32,000 nt of DNA from Desulfocapsa sulfexigens DSM 10523. GTDB taxonomy: Bacteria; Desulfobacterota; Desulfobulbia; Desulfobulbales; Desulfocapsaceae. Below are positions 18,307 through 26,801 of the stretch, piece after piece; position 1 is the first letter of the stretch, and every line of letters begins with the position of its first letter. Below the pieces are notes generated by a model that saw nothing but the letters and a program-made list of their open reading frames with translations, did no database searches and was not told where the DNA came from. The translations under genes and the position numbers were made by a program. The stretch lies in contig NC_020304.1 of NCBI RefSeq assembly GCF_000341395.1, forward strand, positions 2,220,001 through 2,252,000, in the 5' to 3' direction.

Positions 18307-19785
18307 TTATGGCTCATTTGTTTGGGCGTCAGACCTTTGTTCACGCCAGACCAATAGAAAGTAAACGGATAATGCCAATGTACCTGAGACATAATAATTA
18401 ACTGGTAGGAAAAGTATAAAAAGAACTATCGTTCCCAGCCAGTAAAGAGATGTGTTTTTATAGTCTGCCACATCAAAAAAGCGGATTCTTTTCTGTAAAG
18501 TGGCGATAAGGATGATTGACAATATGATCCTGCTGCCCAGAAGAGAGAGGACACCTCCCAGCGGACCTGTATCGGCTATAAGGAGAGGGCCAAGTACGAT
18601 ACTGCATAAAACTGGTATCGTAAGGAATATAAGCAATTGTTTTTCTAGCCTCATTGCTAACAGGCTATAAATAATAAAATTATTTATAAAAGAGAAAAAT
18701 GCGGCAGCACCAAAAAATGGAACGAGAGCTTCAGAAACAGAGTAGTTTTCCCCATATATGATGAAGGCAATCTTACCTCCAAAAACAGCGAGGAGAACGG
18801 CGAGACCACTCCCTAACAGTACGATTTTTTTGAAGAAAGACCGGATTACTTCTCGAAAATGCTCTTTGTTTTTGTCGGAAAATGCGCTGACGAGTTGCGG
18901 AAAGAGCACCGCACCGATGACAAGATGAGCTATGGCTCCACAGATTGATCCCGTTATGTCGGAGGCAACTTTATAAATCGCAACATCGTTGAAGGTGTGA
19001 TATTGCCGAATCCAAAAAATCTGGATTTCATTATAGAATGTTCCAAGGAAACTCACGCCGGAGATAAGTGCCAATGAAATCAGTTCGTTTTTCTTGAATG
19101 GGAATTCAGTATTTTTTTTCAGGGAAAAGTAACATAGCCTTCGGGCACCAAATATTGCTGTGCTTAATTTTAGACCACCACTTAGTAGGAAGAGTAGGGA
19201 AAAGAAAAGAATATCCAAATGGAGAAAAAGGCATACTGCTCCATAGGAAAATGCAATAATATTGGGGACTGTCCGACAGATGCCTTCATTAATGTTTTTT
19301 CCTTCTGCTCGGAAAAGATTGAAAAATGTATCGGCCATCCCTTCAAAACATTGGCTAAGTAAGAGGATAGAGATAATGGTAATCTGCTGAAGAGGCCACT
19401 GCTTGATAAAGAGTGCGAAAGTGAGAAAAATAAATATGGATCCTCCAGAAATGAGGACCTTCATTAGGGCCATTTGTCTCAGTAAGGGGCCCGTGCCACT
19501 CTTGGATGCGGATAGTTCCCGAAGGGTGTATTGATCCAGGCCCATGCTTTGCAGTGAACGGAGTAGCGTAACAATACTTAACCCAAGAACGATTAGGCCG
19601 TAACCGGACTGGTCGATACGGGCAAGCCAGATAAAGAGAAGGGAAAGTAAGGCATCCTGTACAGACTTACTACCGATAAGTGCCAAGGAACGAAAGATGA
19701 TGGTGCGGAAGGATAAAACCTGCTGAGGCGATTTATTGTCAGCAGGTGACATGCTATCTCTTTGTCTCATTGCAGATGATTCCAA
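18307..19785 (-). CDS. wzx: Wzx-type polysaccharide flippase (MATE/MOP superfamily)
   Basis: 492 aa polytopic; N-terminal SFRTIIFRSLALIGSKSVQDALLSLLFIWLARIDQSGYGLIVLGLSIVTLLRSLQSMGLDQYTLRELS; ENYSVSEALVPFFGAAAFF late in the sequence. Confidence 0.82.
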   Translation of the reverse strand: MESSAMRQRDSMSPADNKSPQQVLSFRTIIFRSLALIGSKSVQDALLSLLFIWLARIDQSGYGLIVLGLSIVTLLRSLQSMGLDQYTLRELSASKSGTGPLLRQMALMKVLISGGSIFIFLTFALFIKQWPLQQITIISILLLSQCFEGMADTFFNLFRAEGKNINEGICRTVPNIIAFSYGAVCLFLHLDILFFSLLFLLSGGLKLSTAIFGARRLCYFSLKKNTEFPFKKNELISLALISGVSFLGTFYNEIQIFWIRQYHTFNDVAIYKVASDITGSICGAIAHLVIGAVLFPQLVSAFSDKNKEHFREVIRSFFKKIVLLGSGLAVLLAVFGGKIAFIIYGENYSVSEALVPFFGAAAFFSFINNFIIYSLLAMRLEKQLLIFLTIPVLCSIVLGPLLIADTGPLGGVLSLLGSRIILSIILIATLQKRIRFFDVADYKNTSLYWLGTIVLFILFLPVNYYVSGTLALSVYFLLVWREQRSDAQTNEP

Positions 19786-19880
19786 TTGCTAACGATTTTT
19801 GTCAGTAGCTAAATCGTACACGAAATTTTTTGACGAATGGGTCTTTGAGTAGCAAAGGAACACATCACTCTGATATAGGG

Positions 19881-20816
19881 TTATCTCGTCAGCTGTTTAT
19901 ATTCTATTCGACCTTTAAATCCTGGACGTAATTCGAATTTATTGTTTTTTATAGTCATCTCTATCTGGTAGTAAGACGGAAGGTCTGGATCAGGGATGGC
20001 TGGGGCCCAGCTAATGGACGTAATTGTTGCAGGAAATTGTCTTTTTGGGAGAGAATCTGGAAAAAAAGTTACTTTGTCGCCAATATTGAGGTGAATAACA
20101 TCTCTTTCATAGACGAGGGAGTGTATCAGCATGGTATCCATGGTTCCAATTTGGGCGATGATTGTTCCCTCGGGGAGTAAACTGTTTTCTCTGAGAAGTG
20201 GATGGAGTGAAAGGACCATTCCAGAGATAGGAGATTTTAATTTTACAATCTCAGGGATTTGGCCAGATATGATGGTGTCGTCTCCAAGCACTTTTCTCAC
20301 ACTCTTGAGTGCCTTGTCTGCGAAATTATCGGCGTAGGTGAATCGTTTCGTGAGAATTGATACGTAAGCACGGGTCAAGCGCAGCTCTGTTTGTAATGCC
20401 TCCAATGTATATTGGGGGGAGAGTTTCTCGGCTGTTAAACGTTTGAGTTCTTTTTCCGTTCGTTCAAGTCGGATGATGTTTTGTTTTTCCAGCTCGAGAT
20501 GGCGTCTTATGTCATCAAGTTCGTTGAAGAGAAGTTCTCTTCCAAGTTGGATCGCCCGGCTTTCTTCCAAAGTATATTGAGCAATTGTTTCACCTTCTTC
20601 AACCGACTGCCCGGGGATGATCCTGATATCTGTGAAGGTCCCGGTAAAAGGCATGGGGACTGCTCTGCTCAGTGAACAGGAAACTTTTCCCTCAAAAACG
20701 AGGATGGAATTATTCGGGATTTCTTTTGCCTGCTTTTCGTCAACTTCGTTGGCAAAAGAAGAGCTAAAGAACAAACAAGTGACAAGTAAGCAAGTGAAAC
20801 GGATTAGATTATTCAT
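19881..20816 (-). CDS. Periplasmic adaptor / membrane fusion protein (HlyD/MacA/DevB-like)
   Basis: 311 aa; N-terminal signal-like MNNLIRFTCLLVTCLFFSSSFA, lipoyl-like halves (AVPMPFTGTFTDIRIIPGQSVEEGETIAQY ... LKSPISGMVLSLHPLLRENSLLPEGTIIAQIG) flanking a coiled-coil-like region. Confidence 0.85.
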   Translation of the reverse strand: MNNLIRFTCLLVTCLFFSSSFANEVDEKQAKEIPNNSILVFEGKVSCSLSRAVPMPFTGTFTDIRIIPGQSVEEGETIAQYTLEESRAIQLGRELLFNELDDIRRHLELEKQNIIRLERTEKELKRLTAEKLSPQYTLEALQTELRLTRAYVSILTKRFTYADNFADKALKSVRKVLGDDTIISGQIPEIVKLKSPISGMVLSLHPLLRENSLLPEGTIIAQIGTMDTMLIHSLVYERDVIHLNIGDKVTFFPDSLPKRQFPATITSISWAPAIPDPDLPSYYQIEMTIKNNKFELRPGFKGRIEYKQLTR

Positions 20817-22134
20817 AGGGAATATCTGCTAAAGAAATGTTGAAAGTATCTTTTAGAAGCTGTCCAGAGAGGTGCCGAAGTTTAAGGGTTGCCTTATTTA
20901 AAGAGAATTGCTTTTGGATCGTATCTAATGATTTCCTGTGTAATGCAATTTGGTGATCGATAAGTTCAGGAAGTTCAATTGTCCCTCTTGCATAGTCAAT
21001 TTCCCTTTTTTTCATCTGTATATTATTGAGTTTCTCAATTGATTGAGACAAAGCATATGCGGATTTAGCAGATGAATATTGCTGTGTGGCCTTCAGCCAT
21101 TCCAGGGAATCGTTGTTTTCGATTTCTTTCTTTTCAAAATCCATTTGTCGAAGAACCATTTTCTGCCTGGTAATATCCCGGGATCGTTTATTCCCATCCC
21201 AGAGGGTAAGGCTCATGCCGGCATATAAAAAGTATTCCTGGTCATCATTGACACTTACATTCAAAACATCGGGGCTACGAAAACCTATTGAGAAATCAGG
21301 TAGAAATTTGGAATAGGCAAGTGTTATATTTTTTTGTTGTAGAATCCCTTTTATTTGCATGATTTGTTGTTCAATTGAATCCTTTGGTTGGGGGGAACTT
21401 TGTGGGGTGGAGAGGGGGGAATTGCCAAGAATTTGTTTGAGTACCTGCGGGGCGTCAAGATCAAATACTGTAGGATCCGGTAAATTCATTGAAATACACA
21501 GGCCATTGAGTAGTGCATCACGTTTTATCGCATTACCTTCGTATTCCGCAGCAATAAAGGCATTTCTTTGTTCCTCAAATTCTATTTCAAGATCTGTAGT
21601 CAGGCCACTCTCGTACCGTTGTTTAGCATAATGCAGCCTTTTTTGAGAAAGGTCCACTATCTGTTTGTAATGGCTTTCATTTTGGTCGGTCACAAAAAGC
21701 TGTAAAAACGTGTCCGCTAATTTATACAAGGCTTGAGCAGTCGCCTGTACATGTTTGAGCATGACGATATGGGTAATTAGTTTTCTTGCCTGCAGAGTGT
21801 AATAGGGTTCCCAAGGCCTGTAATTTGCGGCGTTAAATGAAATTGTGGCTTCATCTTCTGAAAAATAATAATAACTGGAGAGCGATAGAGTGGGAACATA
21901 GGACCAGCGACTGTCATCCTCGTCAAGATGTCTGATATCTATTTCTATTTTACTTCTTTGTAGTTGTGGTATCCTTTTCACGCCGGTTACTGCACATGTC
22001 TGGAAATCAGTTATTTTTTCAGGGATGGTAGTATCTGGTCCATCCGTTTCTGCTGCTTGAACAGTTGGTGTGTGAAGGAGCAGGTAGGGATAAATTATGA
22101 GTAACAGTATGTATGATAGATGTTGTCGGGTCAT
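20809..22134 (-). CDS. TolC-family outer membrane efflux protein
   Basis: 441 aa; signal-peptide-like N-terminus and YKQIVDLSQKRLHYAKQRYESGLTTDLEIEFEEQRNAFIAAEYEGNAIKRDALLNGLC, typical of the OEP family. Overlaps the adaptor gene by 8 bp. Confidence 0.85.
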   Translation of the reverse strand: MTRQHLSYILLLIIYPYLLLHTPTVQAAETDGPDTTIPEKITDFQTCAVTGVKRIPQLQRSKIEIDIRHLDEDDSRWSYVPTLSLSSYYYFSEDEATISFNAANYRPWEPYYTLQARKLITHIVMLKHVQATAQALYKLADTFLQLFVTDQNESHYKQIVDLSQKRLHYAKQRYESGLTTDLEIEFEEQRNAFIAAEYEGNAIKRDALLNGLCISMNLPDPTVFDLDAPQVLKQILGNSPLSTPQSSPQPKDSIEQQIMQIKGILQQKNITLAYSKFLPDFSIGFRSPDVLNVSVNDDQEYFLYAGMSLTLWDGNKRSRDITRQKMVLRQMDFEKKEIENNDSLEWLKATQQYSSAKSAYALSQSIEKLNNIQMKKREIDYARGTIELPELIDHQIALHRKSLDTIQKQFSLNKATLKLRHLSGQLLKDTFNISLADIPYE

Positions 22135-22186
22135 CTGACTTTCCCAAAAAAAAGTAAATATTTAAACATGGTGAGCATGCTTCCAG

Positions 22187-22885
22187 TTACTTTTCTGAAA
22201 GCAGTTCTCCATTTTCTATGTGTAAGACCTGGTCGCACTTTTCAGCAACGTTTTGATCGTGAGTAACTAAAATCATGGCTGTATCGGTAGATGATGCAAT
22301 GGATCTGAAACATTCCATAATTTGCTGTGAATTATCAGAATCGAGTTGGCCAGTTGGTTCATCGGCGAGAATAACTGCAGGTTTGTTGACTATTGCTCTG
22401 GCAATGGCAACTCGTTGTCTTTCTCCACCGGAAAGTTTGTTGGATGAATGATGCATGCGATGAGTCAGGTTGACCTGCTCAAGAACCTGATGAATTCTTT
22501 CTGGTCGGAGTGATGGCTTGCTTTTAGCGTAAATAAGAGGGTATTCAATGTTTTCATATACAGTTGAGTGTTCAAACATATCGGCGCCCTGGAGCACAAA
22601 CCCAATATGCTCTCTGCGGAATTGTGCCTGATGCCCCCGACTAAGCTCAAGGATGTTTGTATCGTTAACGAGATATTTTCCGGTGGTGGGTGAAAGGAAC
22701 AGTCCGAGAATAAAAAGAAGTGTTGACTTCCCTGAACCGGATGGCCCCATTATGGCTACCATCTCATTTCTTAACACAGTCATGTCTATTTTGCGAAGGA
22801 CAGAGACGTCCTTTCCTTGAGTCTGGTAAGATTTGGTTATTCCCTGAAGGTCGATAAGATTACTTGTTTTTTGTTGTTTACTCAT
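22187..22885 (-). CDS. ABC transporter ATPase (MacB/LolD/DevA-like)
   Basis: 232 aa; Walker [10 protein letters not shown], signature [33 protein letters not shown], His-loop VTHD. Confidence 0.95.
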   Translation of the reverse strand: MSKQQKTSNLIDLQGITKSYQTQGKDVSVLRKIDMTVLRNEMVAIMGPSGSGKSTLLFILGLFLSPTTGKYLVNDTNILELSRGHQAQFRREHIGFVLQGADMFEHSTVYENIEYPLIYAKSKPSLRPERIHQVLEQVNLTHRMHHSSNKLSGGERQRVAIARAIVNKPAVILADEPTGQLDSDNSQQIMECFRSIASSTDTAMILVTHDQNVAEKCDQVLHIENGELLSEK

Positions 22886-24071
22886 ATCTAAGAGCAGTAA
22901 CCACTTCCATTCTACTGGCTTTTATGGCTGGCGCAAGACCGGCTACTATGCCAAGAATAAGAGAAAATGAAAAGCCAATGCCAGTACTCAGCCAGAAGAG
23001 ATTTTTTGGAGGAGAATTATGGAGGATTGAAGCTGTGAATGTTACCCCTGTCCATCCTAACATAAATCCGATAAAAGTTGCACCAATGCTCAGCATAAGA
23101 GACTCTGCAAGAAACTGAAAGAGAATATCGTGGTCTTCAGCACCGATTGCCTTTTTCAAGCCGATTTCCCGGGTTCTTGAGCGGACGGCCATCATCATGA
23201 TATTCCATATCCCTATTCCACCAAGCACAAAAGTGGCAATCAGGGCAAGCTGGACAAAAATTTTGACTCCAAAAGAAATGGCTTTAATTCTGGCCAAAAG
23301 TTCTTCAGGGAGAAAAATTTCTATTTCATCGTTCGGTTGATATTTTTTTACTACGAGAGGTATTTTATTTATCGTATCCTCTATATCATCCCAGGAGTAG
23401 CAACGGATGTAGAGTTTATTTACTGGACTTATTGAATTGATCCTGTCTTGGGCTGTAGTTATCGGCAAAAAGATAGTGCGGGCTTTATCAGGCATGCTCA
23501 TGGCGTCAAGAACGCCAATAACTTTAAACGGGGTGTTGTTAATAGTGATAAATTGGTCTATGGGATCCAGGTGGTTGAAAATTTCATGGGCAGTTCTCTG
23601 CCCCAAAATGCATACAGGCCTACGTTGCTGCAGATCTTTTTCAGAAAATAAGATACCAGCTTGAGTGGATGAACCATGTACTTTCCAGAATGATTCATCA
23701 ACACCGAGCATTTGAAAATAACCAATGGTATCCAGGTGTGAGATTTTGACAAAGTCATTCCTGGTGACAATACTGCTGACTTGATCGACCCCTGGAATGG
23801 CTTTTATCCCGTCGATGCTGTTCTGCTTGAATTCTCTTTTGTCTGTGCGAGGATCGAGAGTGGGGATATGTTTGAAGAGAATTCTGATACGGGTGGCGTT
23901 CCCTATAATTTCAAGGTCGTGGCTGATGTTTTCCTCTATTGACCTTCCCATGGTAATCATAATAATAAATCCAGCAGTTCCAAGGATGATTGTAACGATC
24001 ACGCCAATATTTTTGCGGTATTGTCGCAACACTTGCCGACTACTTATTCGGATGAGGTCGGTGGTTCTCAT
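22878..24071 (-). CDS. ABC transporter permease (MacB/FtsX/DevC-like)
   Basis: 397 aa; N-terminal TM then periplasmic domain, C-terminal LATFVLGGIGIWNIMMMAVRSRTREIGLKKAIGAEDHDILFQFLAESLMLS...[17 protein letters not shown]. Overlaps the ATPase start by 8 bp. Confidence 0.95.
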   Translation of the reverse strand: MRTTDLIRISSRQVLRQYRKNIGVIVTIILGTAGFIIMITMGRSIEENISHDLEIIGNATRIRILFKHIPTLDPRTDKREFKQNSIDGIKAIPGVDQVSSIVTRNDFVKISHLDTIGYFQMLGVDESFWKVHGSSTQAGILFSEKDLQQRRPVCILGQRTAHEIFNHLDPIDQFITINNTPFKVIGVLDAMSMPDKARTIFLPITTAQDRINSISPVNKLYIRCYSWDDIEDTINKIPLVVKKYQPNDEIEIFLPEELLARIKAISFGVKIFVQLALIATFVLGGIGIWNIMMMAVRSRTREIGLKKAIGAEDHDILFQFLAESLMLSIGATFIGFMLGWTGVTFTASILHNSPPKNLFWLSTGIGFSFSLILGIVAGLAPAIKASRMEVVTALRYE

Positions 24072-24836
24072 TGTTTGCAGAACAACATATCGTTATTTGT
24101 CTTCAATTTGAGTGCCTTAGCGCTGTTCCTGAAATACTGTATTAACTAAAAAGAGCCTCTCCAAAAGCTACTTCTGGAGAAGAGTGCTGATTCGATTTAA
24201 TTCTGCTGTCATAAAAAATGTGCTGTGAATTGAAATAGTAGTACAAAATGGGTTGAATAAACAGTAGGTTATTCTATTATTTATGTTGTCAAACAGCAAG
24301 AGAAAAAATGTTTAGATACGGACGAAAACAGGAGACATGGTAATGGTGGGGAAAAAAGAGTCTTTTTACCAGCTCTGCCAGGAATGAATGTGAGAACACT
24401 GTTTGAAATCTTAGCAAGAGATGGAAATAGAATTGGTATGCAACATTTTTACAGAACCTTTTGAGTCATGATGATAATTTTGTCTCCCAAAGTTATTACT
24501 TATGTACGTTTCCGAATCATTTTCATTGGTTAATGTGCATACAGCGATCACATGTTCCCAGGAGTACGTGATGGTGAGATCAATAACGGATTAGCTGAAA
24601 CCATATAAAATAATTGACTTTTGTGTCAAAATCATTGTAGTGGTTGTTATGGATTGCCAGTGTGTGGATCTGTGTGAGCTACTTGAAGATACAAAGGGGA
24701 GACTTTCCTTTTTTCTATGCTGGAAATTTGGTTGCCGAGGGGCGATAGTCGGTAACAAATTGATCTCTCTCAAAAAAAATATACATTTAGAATGCCAAGC
24801 AATCACCTATCGCTGTATCCGTAATCAGGGCAGACA

Positions 24837-25850
24837 ATGACACGTGAACACCTCGCTGAATCTATACCTAAACTCTCAGTTGTCATACCGGCCTACAATG
24901 AAGATGCTAATATAGCTCAGCTTTATGTAGAGCTTAAGCAGGTCCTGACTGAGATGGACATGTCCTGGGAAATCATCTTTGCCGACGATGGGAGCACAGA
25001 TAGCAGTTGGGATACAATAACATCTCTCCATGAAAAGGATAAGCGGGTAAAAGGTGTTCGGTTATCCCGTAATTTTGGACATCAGTATGCACTCTTTGCC
25101 GGCTTGTCACAAGCGCGTGGGAAAGCTGTTGTTTCAATGGATGCCGACTTACAACATCCTCCTCAGTTGATCCCTGAGCTTGTCAAGAAATGGAGAGAAG
25201 GACATCAGATTGTTCACACAGTCCGCATAGATCCCGACGGTATCTCTCTTTTTAAAAAAACAACTTCCAGGCTGTATTACAGAATTTTTTCATTTTGCAG
25301 CGGTGTTAGAATCGAGCCGGGAATGGCTGATTTTCGGTTATTAGACCGTGAGGTTTTAGACCGTATACTGCAATTTCGGGAAGCAGGCCTTTTTTTACGT
25401 GGCATTGTTCAATGGGTGGGGTATTCAAGTTCCACCGTTACATTTCAATCAGCGACTCGGTTCAGTGGATCCAGTCACTATTCTATAAAAAAAATGCTGA
25501 GTTTTGGGTGGGATGGTATCAGTTCTTTTTCCATTATTCCTTTACGGTTTGCAACGCTAATTGGTTTTCTGACGAGTGGCCTCGCATTTTCTGGAATTGT
25601 TTATGCATTTTATTCCAAGTTCATCTCTGGCACGGCCATTCCTGGATGGGCTTCTTCAATGGCCATTCTTTCTTTTCTATTGGGCGTTCTCTTTATTCTT
25701 ATCGGTTTAATAGGAGAATATATCGGGCGCATACTTATTGAGGTCATGCAGAGGCCTCGGTATCTTATCTGGGAGAAAATCGGAACAGACTCTCATTCAA
25801 CGATTGGCTTGAAGTGTACTGAGCAGTCTGAATTTACGGTTGAACAATGA
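24837..25850 (+). CDS. GT2 family polyprenyl-phosphate glycosyltransferase (GtrB/ArnC/FlmF-like)
   Basis: 337 aa; LSVVIPAYNEDANIAQLYVELKQVL, IFADDGSTDSSWDT, GVRLSRNFGHQYALFAGLSQARGKAVVSMDADLQHPPQLIPEL, two C-terminal TM segments and IGLIGEYIGRILIEVMQRPRYLI. Confidence 0.92.
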   Translation: MTREHLAESIPKLSVVIPAYNEDANIAQLYVELKQVLTEMDMSWEIIFADDGSTDSSWDTITSLHEKDKRVKGVRLSRNFGHQYALFAGLSQARGKAVVSMDADLQHPPQLIPELVKKWREGHQIVHTVRIDPDGISLFKKTTSRLYYRIFSFCSGVRIEPGMADFRLLDREVLDRILQFREAGLFLRGIVQWVGYSSSTVTFQSATRFSGSSHYSIKKMLSFGWDGISSFSIIPLRFATLIGFLTSGLAFSGIVYAFYSKFISGTAIPGWASSMAILSFLLGVLFILIGLIGEYIGRILIEVMQRPRYLIWEKIGTDSHSTIGLKCTEQSEFTVEQ

Positions 25851-25863
25851 TAGCATTCTTGCC

Positions 25864-26730
25864 ATGGGCCGCCTGATTATTCATGCTGACGATTTTGGAT
25901 TAACTGAGAAAGTAAACGCAGGAATCCTAAAAGCCCATCTGGAAGGGATTCTTACGTCGACATCAATAATGGCTACCGCTTCAGCGTTTTCAGAGGCTAT
26001 TAAGATATGCCAGAGAGTGCCGACACTGGATACTGGGGTTCATTTGACCCTTGTGGGGGAGAAGTCGATCCTCAGTCAGGATGTGATAAGAAGTTTAGTC
26101 AACAAAGAGGGCAGATTTCATGCTCATGCTATGCAATTTGTTCAAAGATATTATTGCGGGCGGATATCGTTGGATGAGGTGTACCGCGAGCTTGACGCGC
26201 AAATTCTAAAAGTTTTGAATACCGGGATCGAGATCAGTCACCTGGACAGTCACCAACATTTGCATATACTACCCCACATCCTAAGTATCACGGTCGAACT
26301 GGCAAAAAAATACAAGATTACAGCAATACGATTTCCCTTTGAAAAATTCAGTTTTACAATGCTCAAGGAGCTACCACTGTTGCCAAGGATCATACAGTTG
26401 TTGGTTCTTAATACTTTCTGCTATTTAGGACGTAATATGGAAGTTTTGCGAACGGACCGTTTTTTTGGGTTTCTGCATGGTGGCAACTTGACTAAGGATA
26501 CCTTGTCAAAAATTATTGAAACATTCCCTCAAAATGGAACTTGGGAGTTGATGTGCCATCCTGGAATGGAAGATCCAGAATCATCTTATGGCATATGGGG
26601 ATACCACTGGCAGGAAGAGCTGGATGCATTGCTCGATTCAGATATTACAAATATTTTGAATCGAAAGGGAATCTCTCTTATATCTTACCGTGACTTGGCT
26701 CAGGGGCAGCCAACACCGCAGATTGGATAG
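25864..26730 (+). CDS. YdjC/ChbG-family carbohydrate deacetylase (HpnK/NaxD-like)
   Basis: RLIIHADDFGLTEKVNAGILKAHLEGILTSTSIMATA, TGVHLTLVGEKS, SHLDSHQHLHILPHI, WELMCHPG. ORF track start 25840 is a TTG; ATG at 25864 gives MGRLIIHADDFG. Confidence 0.9.
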   Translation: MGRLIIHADDFGLTEKVNAGILKAHLEGILTSTSIMATASAFSEAIKICQRVPTLDTGVHLTLVGEKSILSQDVIRSLVNKEGRFHAHAMQFVQRYYCGRISLDEVYRELDAQILKVLNTGIEISHLDSHQHLHILPHILSITVELAKKYKITAIRFPFEKFSFTMLKELPLLPRIIQLLVLNTFCYLGRNMEVLRTDRFFGFLHGGNLTKDTLSKIIETFPQNGTWELMCHPGMEDPESSYGIWGYHWQEELDALLDSDITNILNRKGISLISYRDLAQGQPTPQIG

Positions 26731-26801
26731 TTTGTTGGTACAATAGTACTCAAGCCAACCCAAAACAAGAGTTTGAAAAATGTAAATCTTATAAGGACGA
26801 T

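Noticed and set aside
22864-23118. 84-aa plus ORF and similar short plus ORFs at 23437-24111
   Set aside because: Antisense to the well-supported MacB/DevC-like permease; no independent motif support.
24591-24840. Overlapping short ORFs 24591..24806 - and 24640..24840 +
   Set aside because: Low-complexity peptides on opposite strands in a promoter-sized gap, with no recognisable similarity.
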